From positions 1 through 33,682 of the forward strand of contig NW_021833165.1 of the NCBI RefSeq assembly GCF_006345805.1: DNA of 33,682 bases, read 5' to 3'. Positions within the stretch are counted from its first letter, which is position 1. The number at the start of each line of letters is the position of its first letter. The notes under the pieces are model-generated. The model searched no databases, was not told the origin of the DNA, and was given only the letters and a program-made list of their open reading frames with translations. Shown here one piece after another: positions 33,651 to 33,682 of the stretch. Source of the stretch: Octopus sinensis (lineage: Eukaryota). The translations under genes and the position numbers were made by a program.

Positions 33651-33682
33651 CGAAGGGAGTTAAAGATACACCAAAAAACAGA

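Overview
AT-rich eukaryotic non-coding DNA (intergenic or a large intron) made almost entirely of transposon relics and microsatellites. I found no recognisable host gene. Most ORFs in the track are artefacts of (TA)n/(ATGT)n/(GATA)n/(CAC)n repeats or of SINEs. The repeat repertoire looks like an octopus/coleoid cephalopod genome (inference from recognising the repeat types, not from a search). Contents: about 30 copies or fragments of tRNA-headed SINEs in several families (my labels A, B, C, D, F); a 5'-truncated CR1-group LINE; RTE and Dong/R4-like LINE remnants; a full-length but decayed Tc1-type element with DD36E spacing; a mariner derivative with two left ends; a mariner MITE; two non-autonomous Helitrons; Penelope-like remnants. 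Best leads: (1) minimal type-I hammerhead-ribozyme motifs with palindromic stem III in three unrelated repeats, including a back-to-back inverted pair (1990-2030 and 2177-2217) and a tRNA-promoter-headed element (3555-3836), suggesting retrozyme-like elements; (2) the SINE-A 3' tail matches the 3' UTR of the CR1-like LINE in the same window, with a covarying hairpin; (3) head/body/tail shuffling among SINE families; (4) a recent long inverted duplication (5958-7261). All alignments were made by eye and boundaries are approximate unless fixed by a TIR or TSD.
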